NCBI GenBank assembly: GCA_036785375.1
Contig: JAWMAR010000086.1
Coordinates: 2,418,001-2,482,000, forward strand
From: Leucoraja ocellata
Lineage: Eukaryota
Direction of reading: 5' to 3'
DNA: 64,000 bases
The translations under genes were made by a program, and so were the position numbers. Positions 50,627 to 63,425 of this stretch are shown here, one piece after another. The notes beneath the pieces were generated by a model. That model was not told the DNA's origin, ran no database searches, and saw only the letters and a list, made by a program, of their open reading frames with translations. Positions within the stretch are counted from its first letter, which is position 1; every line of letters starts with the position of its first letter.

Positions 50627-51769
50627 AAATGGGCCGAATCATATGACATTGATAACGTATTACTACATTGTATGTATTAGGGTTTTGACTTCATGGTCTA
50701 CCAGAGAAAGTGATTTGAACGGAAGACCCGAGAATTTGTGAAGTGTATTTGTAGACTACACAATTTATTTATCCACCTGTGATGCTATTTGTGGTGTATT
50801 GCCAACCTTTCATTGTCTATTCATTTTTCTTTGCACATCCTACCCTGAATCTTCTCGGAATAGGTTCTGGAAATAATTTATTTTACATTATTAGAATTTT
50901 TTTAAATGTTATTTTTGACCTCATGGATATCGTCACTTACGTCGCTGTGAATGGCCATTCTTTAACGCCAAGAAGCAGAGATTATTCTGTGAATGCATTG
51001 TGTTGTGCGAGTATTCGCGATAAAGTGGCCACAATTCTAAAAAGTGATACATGGAGGCAGTTTGCAACAAAACCTATTCTACTTCCTCATGGATACATTT
51101 TGGCATTTTACTAATGACATGCTGACTGTTTTAAGCATTTTTCTCCAATAGTTAAAATAGATGTGAAATAACATGACAAGGGTAGTATTTCTGAACAAGG
51201 TTGTGGTTAGTTAATGAGCTAGCACCACAATTACACAGGCAAGTAGTGGTTTTCTTGGGCATGCTGTCTTATTATCCAAATTATAATAGTGCCTGCCAAT
51301 AAAGCAGAACTAAAACAATTACTGGCTTCAGTACAAAATCCCCTACGGTAAGATTTACGCAGGGCAATGTGATGGAGCAATGTAAAAACTAATGAATGTA
51401 AAAACAAAATTAATAAAAAAACAAATTAACCTGTTCCGTTTTGGATTGGAGTAAAGCTGGAAACTAATATATTTTCGGTTCATTACTGTGTATCAGCTTT
51501 CTACAGATATCTACTGCATCAATTTGGGGAGAAACATGAAACAGAAAGGTATTGCAGAGTATTATTCCCTGAAGCAGGTTGTTAACACTATCAGTGATGG
51601 ATTAGCATCGTTATATTTGCCACTGAGTGTGAGACAACCTTCATATTTCATTAACTTTTACATTGTCAGGTTGACAAGGTATAATGATTGGTATTCCATA
51701 GGGAGCAATGTTTAGGCCTCAACTTTATTACAGTTTATATACCGACCAGCATTAATTATGTTTGTAATG

Positions 51770-52650
51770 ACTTAAAGTTGGGGGAGTCAATTGCAAAGAG
51801 AACATAAGGAGGCCACACTGATGTGGGTAAGTGGTGAGAAGGCAAAGATCTGTTAAGTTGGGCACAATATGGGAAAATATAACATTGTCCATTCTAACTG
51901 TAAAAATAATAAAGGACTTGACACAACCATGAAAGATTAGAAAGCAGTGAAATACACGGACACAATTCACAAACGAAGGCTAGGAGACTAGTGAGGAAAG
52001 CCACACAAATATTAGTCTTTATTTCTAGGTCAACGCAACACAAAGACAGGTAGGTTGTCCCTCACTTATGTGGAGCTACAACAGCTCTTGTTATTGAAGC
52101 CAGATGCAGGTTTGAGCAACTCAGCACCTCAGGCAACATCCCTGGAGAACATGGATATGTAGTGTTTCGGGTTGAGGCCCTTCTACAGACTTATTTCAGG
52201 TGTGGGGGAGGGAGGAGAAAGAAAGCTAGAAAAGATGTGCTCCACTGTTCCCTCCACTGCAATCAGTCTGAAGAAGGACCCCAACTTGAATCGTCACCTG
52301 CCCATGTTCTCCAGGAATGCTGCCTGACCCGCTGAGTTACCCCAGCATTTTGTGTCTTTCTTTGGTTAAACCCGCATCTGCAACAAGTTTTGGGTTTGTT
52401 GAAAGCAACTGAAAGAAGGATTTTTCTACCAGTACCTGGAATGGGGGAGCTGTCATATAAGGAAAGGTTAGATAGGGGTGACTTGCATCAGAAGCAGTTT
52501 AGAAAAGTGAGAAATGACTCAGTGGAAAAAGAACAAGATACTGAGGAGTGTTGAAAGGTGGATGTGGGAGGATGACTCCTCCAATGCAAGAATCTATAAA
52601 AAGGAGTCACAAGAGATAAACAAGAGATGTTGAATAAAGAAGCCACGAGG
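51770..52650 (+). mobile_element. Old CR1 RT C-terminal remnant with an inverted PLE pair inside (about 52120-52382)
   Basis: cctggaatgggggagctgtcatataaggaaaggttagatagg; PLE arms ctggagaacatgg / ccatgttctccag. Confidence 0.6.
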
Positions 52651-54084
52651 TATCAAGGAAAGAGAGTTCATGTCATGGCCCTGTTTCCACCAATCTTTCC
52701 ACCACCACGCACAAGAAGCACAAGACAGGCATCATTGTATGCGGATGCCGAGAAGTGATTTCAGCTCTGGCTGAACAACTCCTAATCTTGTGTGCGGACA
52801 AGAAGAAAATGACAAAGTTTAATATAGTTTCTCCAGAATAAAAGTTCGACTGATGTCAGAAAATTACGGCTAAGAGGATATATTAAATGTATATTTGAAG
52901 CATACATGTTCTGTGAATAGGAAAACAACCATTTAACCAAATTAGAATCATTAACAACGAATCAGGATCATTGCATACAACTAATTTAAGTGCTTCAAAT
53001 CAGTGATGGATGACCCTTTTGACAGCACAGATTACTATACAATATCTGAAATGAACTATACATTCGACTGATCAGAGGATTACAAGAATCACAAAACCGC
53101 TTGCAATTGCTCTGAAGCAACATGTTGGGCAAATATTGATTCAGATCCTTAGAGGCAGACTCTTCATTGAAATCAATTAATTTGCAAGGTTGCAGCTATC
53201 ATCAAAAAAAGAGACTTGAAAAACACTTACATATCAATCCGGTGCTTCAAGCAAGTAAATAAGAAAAGCAATGATCAAACCATTCCTTGTGATAAACTGC
53301 ATATGCATCTACTCTAATTTCCCTTACAATGTCTCACCAGGCTAACCTTAGCCTATAGAATCAAATTTAAGTAACAAACTGATTGTGCCACAGGGCTAGA
53401 AGCACCCCCCTTTTATAATTCCAATTTATTTTGAAACCTAAGCATCGAGAAGTTGAATAAAATCCAAGGTGGGTCAATTTATTTGTGAAACCCAAATATT
53501 TTAAGGTTGGCAAAGAAAAGTTAATGCCTTCCCTCGTATATTGTAAATTACCTTTTGGCAACGGATGTGTGAATTTGGGAGCTGAGGATGTTCATTCTCA
53601 ATGATGGCAAATACCTCCTTTGCAGTTCATTCTTGACTAATATCTAATTCTCAGAATCTTAATGTTAAATTGGCTCATTGTTTAGGACAATATTTACAAC
53701 ATAAATGATTTACAGCAATTCCACTGTAAGCTACTAAGTGACCAAAGCATAGATATTTGATTGTTTATCCATAACTTTTAAAATTTGGGGTGAAGATGCC
53801 TAAATACAATAAACTTAACATAATGTTTCAAAACAATAGGAAATATACATTATTTCTGAAATCATGAAATATTAATGACAAATTCATTGAAATGTGCCTC
53901 CAAGATTAATGAAAAGCTAAAATCTCCTTGATGTGCAAAGTTATCTCTGAAAGTTGCCAAAATGTCATGGCTGCACATCTTTGTATGTTTTGAATGGCTT
54001 GCCACTTGTTCTCTCCACACTTGTAAACTTTATCAGCAGTGTTGGCCAAAGTACATGAATAATTAATTCACTCTGTTATGACAG

Positions 54085-54515
54085 CATTTGATTCCATTTA
54101 TACCTCACGCTGCCTCGGCAAGACCAGTAGCATCATAAAGGACGAGCCACACCCTAGTCACTCTCTCTTCTCTCCTTTCCCATCAGGCAAAAGGTACAGA
54201 AGTGTGAAAAATGCACACCTCCACATTCAGGGACAGTTTCTTCCCAGCTGTTATCAGACAACTGAACTATCCTACCACAACTAGAGACAAGTGCTGAACT
54301 GCTATTTTTCTCTTTGATGTCCCTCGGACTATCCTTGAACGAACTTTGCTGGCTTTACATTGCACTAAACGTTATTCCCTTATCATGTATCTATACACTG
54401 TAAATGGATTGACTGTAACCATGCAATGTCTTTCTGCTGACTGGTTAGCAAGCAACAAAAAGTTTTTACTGTACGTCGCTACACGTGACAATAAACTAAA
54501 CAGAACTAAACTTAA
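54085..54515 (+). mobile_element. Rex1/Babar-like LINE 3' end
   Basis: SIYTSRCLGKTSSIIKDEPHPSHSLFSPFPSGKRYRSVK; homologous to 29895-30270; cacgtgacaataaactaaac tail. Confidence 0.85.
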
Positions 54516-57326
54516 CTGATTTAAATCAAAGTGCTAACATTTGATCTAATGTGAGTAACAATGAACTCATTAGAGAATACTTGCATTCAGCTCAGAGAAA
54601 GCCTCAAATGGAGGCAAGACCGCACGGGAAGAGGAAGAAAATTTGAGGTCGTTCACGTGTGCCTGTTAGCAGTGCTTGCAGGGGAGTAGGCCATTTACTC
54701 AACCAATTAAAAATGGGACATATTTAAAAATAGAGAGAAATATTAGCAAGGCATGTTACTTTGCTTTACTCACTGCTAGTGTTGTACTCACTGCTGAATT
54801 AGGCATCAATCTGTAAATGGAACTACCAAGGGAACATGTGGACAGAGGATAATACTGCCTGGACAGAGATTAAAAATGTTGACTAATTGCAAGTGGTCTA
54901 GCTTTTAGATTCCCTAAGCCTGGTTACAATTAAAATAACATCTGTGTCCATTGCTTAACCTGTTGCCCTGGCTGCGAGGTACCCCATTGATCACATGCCA
55001 TAACGATATTTTGACGTGCCCCAAATCCGACGTATATTTTTTCATGGCCTAACACCACCAGAACACAAGGTCTGGGCACTGCGTACTAAAAAATGCAGTG
55101 GATAAAGTTCTGGGCCATTGGAAATAAAACAATTAATGCCGAGTTAATGAAGTCCACTGCTAATTTGATGCTGCAGCAAAGAAAGCCAACGACTTAAAGC
55201 CTGCAGGCAAAAGGGTCACTGAAAGTCGCAGAATCCACTTGCAGGCTGCTGCCTCTGGCAACATCTCGTTCAAAGGTCCTACCCAAAGTGATTTTAACCA
55301 GCTGCGCCGTAAAACTAACCTTCTCTTACACAAAATGTATTAAATACTGTTTCCGTACACATTAACATTTTATTACTTACACATCATGAAATACTGAATC
55401 GCTCTTGCAGACGTTTTACAGCGTACCTCTGTTTTTGAATAAAAATAGATGACCCAAACAACCAAAATGTTGCAGTGATTTGCTGCCATCTTTTTTTTTT
55501 TTACTGATGCAGTTTAAATTATTTTGTCATTTGAATTATTTACTTTAGGAAAATTCTCCCACCCTATAGCCCCGGGCAGCTGATGTTGACAGAGCAATTA
55601 TTATATTTCAGAATAAATACTTTGGAGTAATGATTTTACATTGAAATAAAGAACTTGTATCCTCTCAGTAAATGCTCTGCACCGTCAAGCTGAAGCGTGA
55701 AATGGAAATCCTTAATATTAGCCCAAAGCTCTATTCAACTTGAAGGCACACCTTTTGGGGTTTTGCAGTCTTTACAATGTCTAGGGTTGGTATCAGCAGC
55801 ATGATTTGTAGGTAAATACAATGATTATCTGACTGATATGAAATCCCAAATTGCGCCTCTTGTTTTTTAATTTCCCCATAGAATCAAATGGTTTCCAAAT
55901 TTCAGCTTAATCTATTTTGGAATAAATTCAAATTTCATTTGCTGCATTCCAAACAATTTGGGAATTTTCCTGTACTTCAATTAAATGACTAACACAACTC
56001 ACATTTCTCATGTTACAGATATTCCTCAGAAGTAGATTGTCATAATCCAGCCTTCAAATTAATACTAGCCATTCAAAAATATATAATCTAAATTTTGGAA
56101 TGGCTTTTAGTATCATTCCCAATCTTTCAGCCTGTTCACTGCACTTTGAGAGAGGTATGTTTGACAATATTCAGTTGCTTTAAGTGAAACAGTTATATCA
56201 CATCATATTATCTAAATTCCACATCAACAACATTTCACTCACTCAATCGCCCTTGCACATTAACTATACTCCAATATTGAAACAAAAAGAGAAAATAGTA
56301 GCAGCATCTCATGCAAAAAAAGCATCAGTGTCCAAACTCAATTGCCACAATGACAGCTTTTTCATTCACAAGCCTTAGCACTATTTCTTATGTGGGGTAC
56401 AACAATCATTAAGCATTTGCTTCAGCAAACATGAAGGGCGTCAGGCATTGAATTATGGCTTAATGGGAGGAAATGAGGGCAGCAGGCATCCTTTGGTAAC
56501 AGAACAGCAAATGATAACATAATGGTATATAAAGCCACGGAATAATCAGTGGCCTTTGGTGCTTGAAATGGTTGCAATTACTCCTTCATAATGTTTAAGC
56601 TTTCCAATGTATATTACCATTAGGACAGGTGGCCATGCTTACATGTTACCTGCCCATTTAAATGGTGTTTAAATTAGTTACAGGCAGCCAATGTAAGCCA
56701 TGAACTAAAAATATCCTTCATCCGAATTCAAGTCGGCTAAACAAAAAAATGAACCTGATAAGTAAATCTAGATTTTTTTAATCATTTGTTTCTTTTGTAT
56801 AAATGCATTAACGTTCCCATAGGTTGCCTGGCAGGTTTCAGTACTGACAATCCAATTTGCTACCATTGTATGACCGTTAAATTTCTTTTAAACTCGTCAA
56901 TGGAGCATCTTAACCATTCTTCATATGGAGAGTCATAGATGAATCTTTCACACAGTGATACACCAGGATATGAATATGGTCAGTCTTCTACTGCCTGGGG
57001 ACAAAAGTTTCCAAGGCTACAGAGTGGTGGATCTAGAAAGCTGAGATGGATGTCCGTTCTCTGCGGTCATGATGGATAAGGCCTGGCACTACTTAGCAGC
57101 CAGAGCAGAACAAGCTGGATTCCTATCATTGACCATAAGGATGGGCTCAGACTAGAGCTCCCGCCACACTCAGTGTCATCCTCCTGTTACCAAGGGGAGA
57201 AACATAAAGTTAGTGACCACATCGCATCCTGTACCAGCAGTTCTCAATTGATCTCATAAGCTAAGGCAGCATTTAAGCACATTTATTTTTGCAGTCTTAA
57301 TACCATTTGCATTGCTTCAATTATGG

Positions 57327-57821
57327 AGATACAAGGAACTGCAGATGTTGCTTTACAAAAGAAGACAAAGCAAGTAACTAGGCAAGTCAGGCGGCACCTC
57401 AGGAGAACATGGATAGGCCATAGATGTTTTGGGTCTGGACATGGATAGTCTACAGAACATGGATAGTTGATGTTTTGGAGAAACACAGAACTGCAGAGGC
57501 AGGCTTATACCAAAGGTAGATTCAAGATTCTGGAGTAACTCAGCAGGTTAGCCAGTATCTCTGGAGAAAAGGGAATAGGTGACATTTCAGGCCGAGTCCT
57601 TTCTCTCTCTTCTTCTTCAAAAAAGGGTCCAGCCCCAAAATGTCACCTATTCTTTTCCCCAGTGAAGCTGCCTGAGTTACTCCAGTACTTTAAATCAATC
57701 TTTAGTCGACGTTTTGGGTCTGGTCCCTTCTTCAAACTCTGAAGAAGGATCCTGACCCATTATGTCACCCATCCTTGTCCCCCTGACTCGCTGAGTTTCA
57801 CCAACATTCTGCATCTTCTTC
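57327..57821. mobile_element. Nested PLE terminal-repeat elements (inner element 57479-57702)
   Basis: Outer 14-bp TSD tgcttcaattatgg (57313-57326, 57822-57835); inner 15-bp TSD tagt(t/c)ga(t/c)gttttgg. Confidence 0.8.
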
Positions 57822-59959
57822 TGCTTCAATTATGGGGCTTTTTAAAAAAACAAAACATTTGTGAGTCCCACTCTGAGATTCGGTATTGAAGGAATTGTGA
57901 AATGAATAACATTTCTTTGGTTCAATCGGTGTACAACTCAAGCTCAGGAAAATAAAATCAAGGTATCAGCACTGAACATGTCTGAAATATCAACAACCAA
58001 TTGCCTGAATGTTTAGCACTGGCAACTAATGAAGATTTTGCCCATTAATCTACAATATTATATGTATTTAAAACATAGAAGTGAAGATACTTGCTCTTTG
58101 CCTTTAAGACACATACCAAGTAATTGAATATCCTTTTAATTCCATCTGACTGCCACAAGGCAGGTCTGGATTATTAGAGCACACTTCTGGAGGTACAGGA
58201 CCTAGAACCTCCTATTCCTATTCCATGGCGCTGACTCATTCAAGGACACACACCAAAGACCAACTGCAACAAGGACATCATGTCACCAGTGTTCAATATC
58301 AAAGCAGCCCTTGCAGGTAACAGTTCCATCTCATCTCGGCTGTTACTAAAGTTCCTACACTGTCTGAGAAATTAAAGTATTTCACCCTGTAAGCAGTTAT
58401 ACAAACAGGCCCTTGCCACTCCCTTCTTAAACTGGTGTTTGTACTCAAGAAATAGGCAATGCACTAACAGCATTTTCTAGACTCTCACAACATGAGCTTT
58501 AGTTCAATTAGATAGGGAGACTTTGAAAGGAAGCAGTGCCATTGTTCTGGTGCATGGAACAAGGCGAACTACAATGTTTCTCATATTTTATAGCATGCCA
58601 CACTCCTTAAGCATGAGTAATTTCCTTTGAAATACACAGACTGCTTTAGGTGGGGTATGACCCGAGCATTAAACAGCAGGCTTCATTCTCTCTCTTGTGG
58701 ATGACACCCTACACCACAGCACAGGAACCCGGATTTGTGGACAAAATTAAATGTTCCGAGAAAAAGAGAACAATTGGGAAATACAGAGACAAAAAAATAA
58801 AAAAAAATCATCTTTTGTTTTGTTTTCCTGTTCCAAGCTAACCATGTGAAGCCCAGCTGCCAACAAAAAAAGTATGGATATGGGAATAAAATGATGCTGA
58901 CGCATTGGATCCTCACTTGATGTTTGTGGTAGTGGTGCGTCTGGCTACAGCCTTAATCAGAAACCTGCAGTGTACTAAGTAACTTGGCCTGCGGTGATGT
59001 AGGTGGCCCAGTGATATGATGCTAATGGCAGGACTGCAGGTGAATGCCAGGTTATTCCAGTAAAGATGATGATGCACATTCTAATGGGGAAAATACACAG
59101 AACTTGAAGAAGTCTGAATTAGTTTGCAGTGTTGGTTTTGTTGGGGGAAGGGACGGGGGTGGCACTTATTCCAAATCTGATTATTTCTCTGTGCTTGTTT
59201 ATAATCAGTAATTTATAATTAGTGTGGAAGAAAGTCAGGAGACTCCCTCCTCACAACCCACAGTGTTGACTCTGTAACTAGGCCTGGCAATACCCATAAA
59301 CTTGAAAGGAGCTGGGAAATGGCTCAGAGCAAAGGATACGATGCTCAACTAAAGGTAAACTTAGACCTAGTGTCAGGAAGTTCTTCACTCCAAGAATAAT
59401 CGCCAGTTGAAATCAGGTAATTAAATTATTTCGGGAATTATTCAATTCTGAATAGGTAAATTAAAACAAGCTAAGTAACCTTCCTCTTATGTAAGAAGAA
59501 CTATTTTACAGTTTTAACAATAGTCATACTATTGGAAAGTATTTACGTTGAAATAAAATGTGATAAAGTGCTGCCTAACCGCAAAAGAAAATCATTCATT
59601 CCAGTTGCCCTGAGCAGCATCTAGTTGCGTTATGTATTGGGTATCGTAACATAAAGTGACTGATACAATAAAAATCAAACAATTTGAAAATAAAAATATA
59701 ATTCTAGAAAGTCAAATCAATGCTATAGTTTTATTGTCACTTCTTCATTATTTGGATCTTTAATAAAATTGTGACTCTTACTTTCTAAGCTTTGTATCAC
59801 ATGTTACGACTCCCAATGTCTGCCCAAAGTTCACAGCACAGAACTGTCAAAGTTTCTGATTTGCATTTGCATCACAATTCCAATCTTCAATACTATTTTT
59901 ATGGCTAGGTGTATACAGAGTGGATTGAACTATATAATTTTACAGGATATGGCTAGAAT

Positions 59960-60230
59960 GAGATCCTCATTCCAGACGGTTAAACTAACTATTCTAACTT
60001 TGTCACTTCACACCAATATTATCCAAGATTTTCCTCTCTGCATTAGCCTCCATGCCTGACCTTGTTGGGCATGTCCCAAAGCCCTGCTATTCATGACACC
60101 TTAGGCTTCATTGATTGTATTATCAACCCTCTGACTGCCTCCATGAACCCCACAGCCACCCTGGCCTCACACTATCAAAAAGGTGTTCCCTTTCTCTTAT
60201 ATCCACCATCCTCTTCTCCACCATCACCCA
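59960..60230 (+). mobile_element. Possible very old Penelope RT remnant
   Basis: YYQPSDCLHEPHSHP loosely resembles the PLE YYKPTD...SSHP motif. Confidence 0.3.
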
Positions 60231-60367
60231 GAACATGGAGAACAGGAAGAGCTTGAAAAGGGAAGAGTATTACCTTGTAAAGGGAACTTGGGAGATTCAT
60301 GGCCACATCAAATCAAACTTACTAAACTAAATAAACACAGCAAGCTAATCTTTTGAAAAATCATGCT

Positions 60368-60642
60368 GACTATGAACCATCAAAAATCATAAATCGACAT
60401 AAAAAGCTACTTTTCAACACTACAAAATGTATTTTTGCTTTTAGAAATAATATTTGGAAAATAAGTTTAGGTGATGCAGATAATGTTGAAAAGTAGTTTT
60501 TTATGTTGATTTATGTTTTTTGATGGTTTATAGTCCATCAAAAATCTGCATCATCTAAACTTATTTTCCAAATAATATTTCTTAAAGCAAAAATACATAT
60601 TGGAGTGTTGAAAAGTACTTTTTTAATGTCGATTTATGATTT
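60368..60642. repeat. Complex AT-rich inverted repeat (A-B-A'-B'-A')
   Basis: Read directly; segment coordinates are given in the findings. Confidence 0.88.
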
Positions 60643-61455
60643 AAGAATGCTTAAATGTGGTTAATATTTGCTATAATTATATTTGATCTATTGAGATAAA
60701 AACTATGAACAATTATTTTTTGCCAGTGAAAATAAATTCAAATATATCAACAAAGAACACAGAAACAATGCACAAACAATTACTGAGTTCTGAGAAGCAT
60801 TGAAAATTGATAGCTCAACGAACAATTACTCTAGTTCAGAAAGGAAACTTAATTTTAAAAACTAATATGAAATATCAAACCACTCTAAGTTCGCTCTGGA
60901 CCACAATTATTTGCAGGATGTTAGTTTCATGTTAATATCACACCTAAGAAGGAAACTACAGAACAAAATCCAGTGAAAGTAACTGACCCTCCGCACCACA
61001 TCAAAACTTGCAGTAAAATGAAGAGAGGAGCTGACGCCACGGCAGGGGCACGACTTGTTGTGCATATAGGCTCATCCTATTAACAACGGGCAAAGTAGCA
61101 AGAAGGAAAAAAAGGGAACACAAAAAAAAAGACATAACAAGATGAGTTCATGCATTTTTTGCTGCTGGCAGAGATAATGTGGGCGTCCACCTAGAGCAGA
61201 AAGTCACAGTGTAAATCACAAAACAGAAAATACCCCACTATTAACAAATTAAAAAACACACACAATCACACGTCAATCAGCAAAGACATCAAGCTTGTGA
61301 GCAACAGTGTTACTGTACTTTCACGCATCTAATTTATGGGGAACTATTTTTGTCATCAGGAAAGATGAGGAATGTTCAGATCTTTCAGCTAGTTGTAGGT
61401 GAAGTTCATGCATTGATGCACAATGTGGATTTTTGTTTTCAGTGACTCAATCCCC

Positions 61456-61976
61456 AAGCACAGTGGTAGAGTCGCTGCCTTACAGCACCCGAGACCCAGG
61501 TTCAATTCTGTCAATGGGTGCTGTCTGTACGGTATATTCTCCCTGTGACCATGTGGGATTTCTCTGGGAGCTCCGGTTTAATACCACATCCCAAAGACGT
61601 GTAGGTCTGTATATTTTATCTCTGTTTGCTTTGTTGGTACCTTCTCTTAGCTAACAATGATCTATTCTACATTTTACTTGATCTCCATCTGCTTTGCCTC
61701 GTTTTCACACCTTACACTTCCTTATCTCTGTATTTCCCTCTCCCCTGACTCAGTCTGAAAAAGGGTCTCAAGACGAAACTTCACCCATTCGTTCTATCCA
61801 GAGATGCTGCCTGTCCCGCTGAGTTACTCCAGCATTTTGTGTCTATCTTCAGGTCTGTAGGTTAGGTCTGTAGCTATTGGCTAAATTGTCCCTAGTATGT
61901 AGGATAGAACTGGTGTACGGGTGATTGCTGATTGGCGCAGACTTGGTGGGCCTGTTTCAATGCTGTATTTCTAAAC
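61456..61976 (+). mobile_element. HE1-type SINE interrupted by a PLE 3' fragment (61612-61850)
   Basis: SINE head gtggtagagtcgctgccttacagc; 9-bp TSD aggtctgta (61603-61611, 61851-61859); the insert is homologous to 1180-1400. Confidence 0.85.
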
Positions 61977-63254
61977 ACGTGATGACAGCAATATTCTGTC
62001 TAATTGGATTATCGAAATTCATTGCTTTATCCTCAGGCAAATGGATCTCATTCAGGATCTGCAGTAATGAAGTGTTCACTTTGCATGTCAGGATACTGGC
62101 TACTTTCAACTCAAACAAAGAATTCCTCAGTCGTATGAGTGAAAGCCACGGCAGAGGAATTGTAAAATGTGAAAAGTCAGAACAAAACTGAAATACCGTA
62201 ACTTCTACATGTGAGCAGAAAGGGTTTCATCTTCGACAGTGCTCCATTATCACAATCGAATGGCTGCCTAATTTTACTGCTCCAGATTTGGAAGGGATTG
62301 CAACTTAGGATACTTGAGGATGCTTCCTGCTATAACACAGCTGGCACGAGGAAGTGCTCAAAGTTCATATGGAGTTCTAGATAAGAAGTAGTAAAGTCAA
62401 TCAGTGCGGAAACAGACTCTTCGGTCAAACTTGTCCATGCCGACCAAGATGTCCCTTCTACGCCAGTCCCATTTAAAGTCATAGAGACATAGAGTCAATG
62501 GAACTAGAGGGAAATTTACAAAAATGATTCTTCACATTGAGGGTATTTAGGATGGCAAATTCTCTTTACAATGCCATGAATGCTTTGTGGATCTGTCAAT
62601 ATTTTTGTTTTTTTTTAAAGAGAAATCAAGCAGATTTCCTTTGCTTGTTATCCAACATAGCCAGTACCCAGAGAGCCTCTACCTTACACACTGACTGGCT
62701 TCCTTAAATGGAATTCAGTCCAGAAATAGACCGATTTGTTATTTGATTGGCCTTCTTTTGTTGGAGAGTCTTATGACATTACAGAGACAATTTGTACAGG
62801 AGGAATTAAACTCCAAGCACTGGGGACAAAGTCGAGTCACAATTTACCAGATTTTTTTGCCTGAAAGTAGAGTATTCAGAGAAAGGATATCGAAAGCTGC
62901 AGTTAATTTTATGTTAACATTCCGAAAGAGTTATGATATGTTATCAAAATAAAAAAACTATGGTCCAGAGCAATGACACATTTGTGCAAGGTTGCTACCT
63001 GGACACATCCTTGCCAGATGCTACTTTTAAAAAGTAGCCAACAGCAATACTCCCTGATGTCCATTCACTTTCCTCGTTTCTCTTTGAATCCAAACTTTGC
63101 ATACTTACATGCTCATCAGAATCAAAGCATTCGTCGGGACCTTTCCTATGTCTGGGATTCTTAGCTAAAATACAAGGATCTGGTCCATCAGCTAAAAAGT
63201 CTGATTAAGGAAGAAACACAACACCAGAGAAACAAAAACACATTCCGTTGTTGA

Positions 63255-63425
63255 AACAAAGCACTGCAGATGCTGCTTTACCAAAGAAGGCACAAAATGC
63301 TGGTAACTCAGCAGGTCATGCAACATCTCTGGAGAACATGGATTAGTCTGAAGAAGGGTCCCAACCTGAAATGTTACTGATCCATGTTCTCCTGAGATGC
63401 TACCTAACCCGCGGAGTTGGTTCTC
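63255..63425. mobile_element. Inverted PLE terminal-repeat pair
   Basis: catctctggagaacatggat / atccatgttctcctgagatg arms around ctgaagaagggtcccaacctgaaatgtt. Confidence 0.75.
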
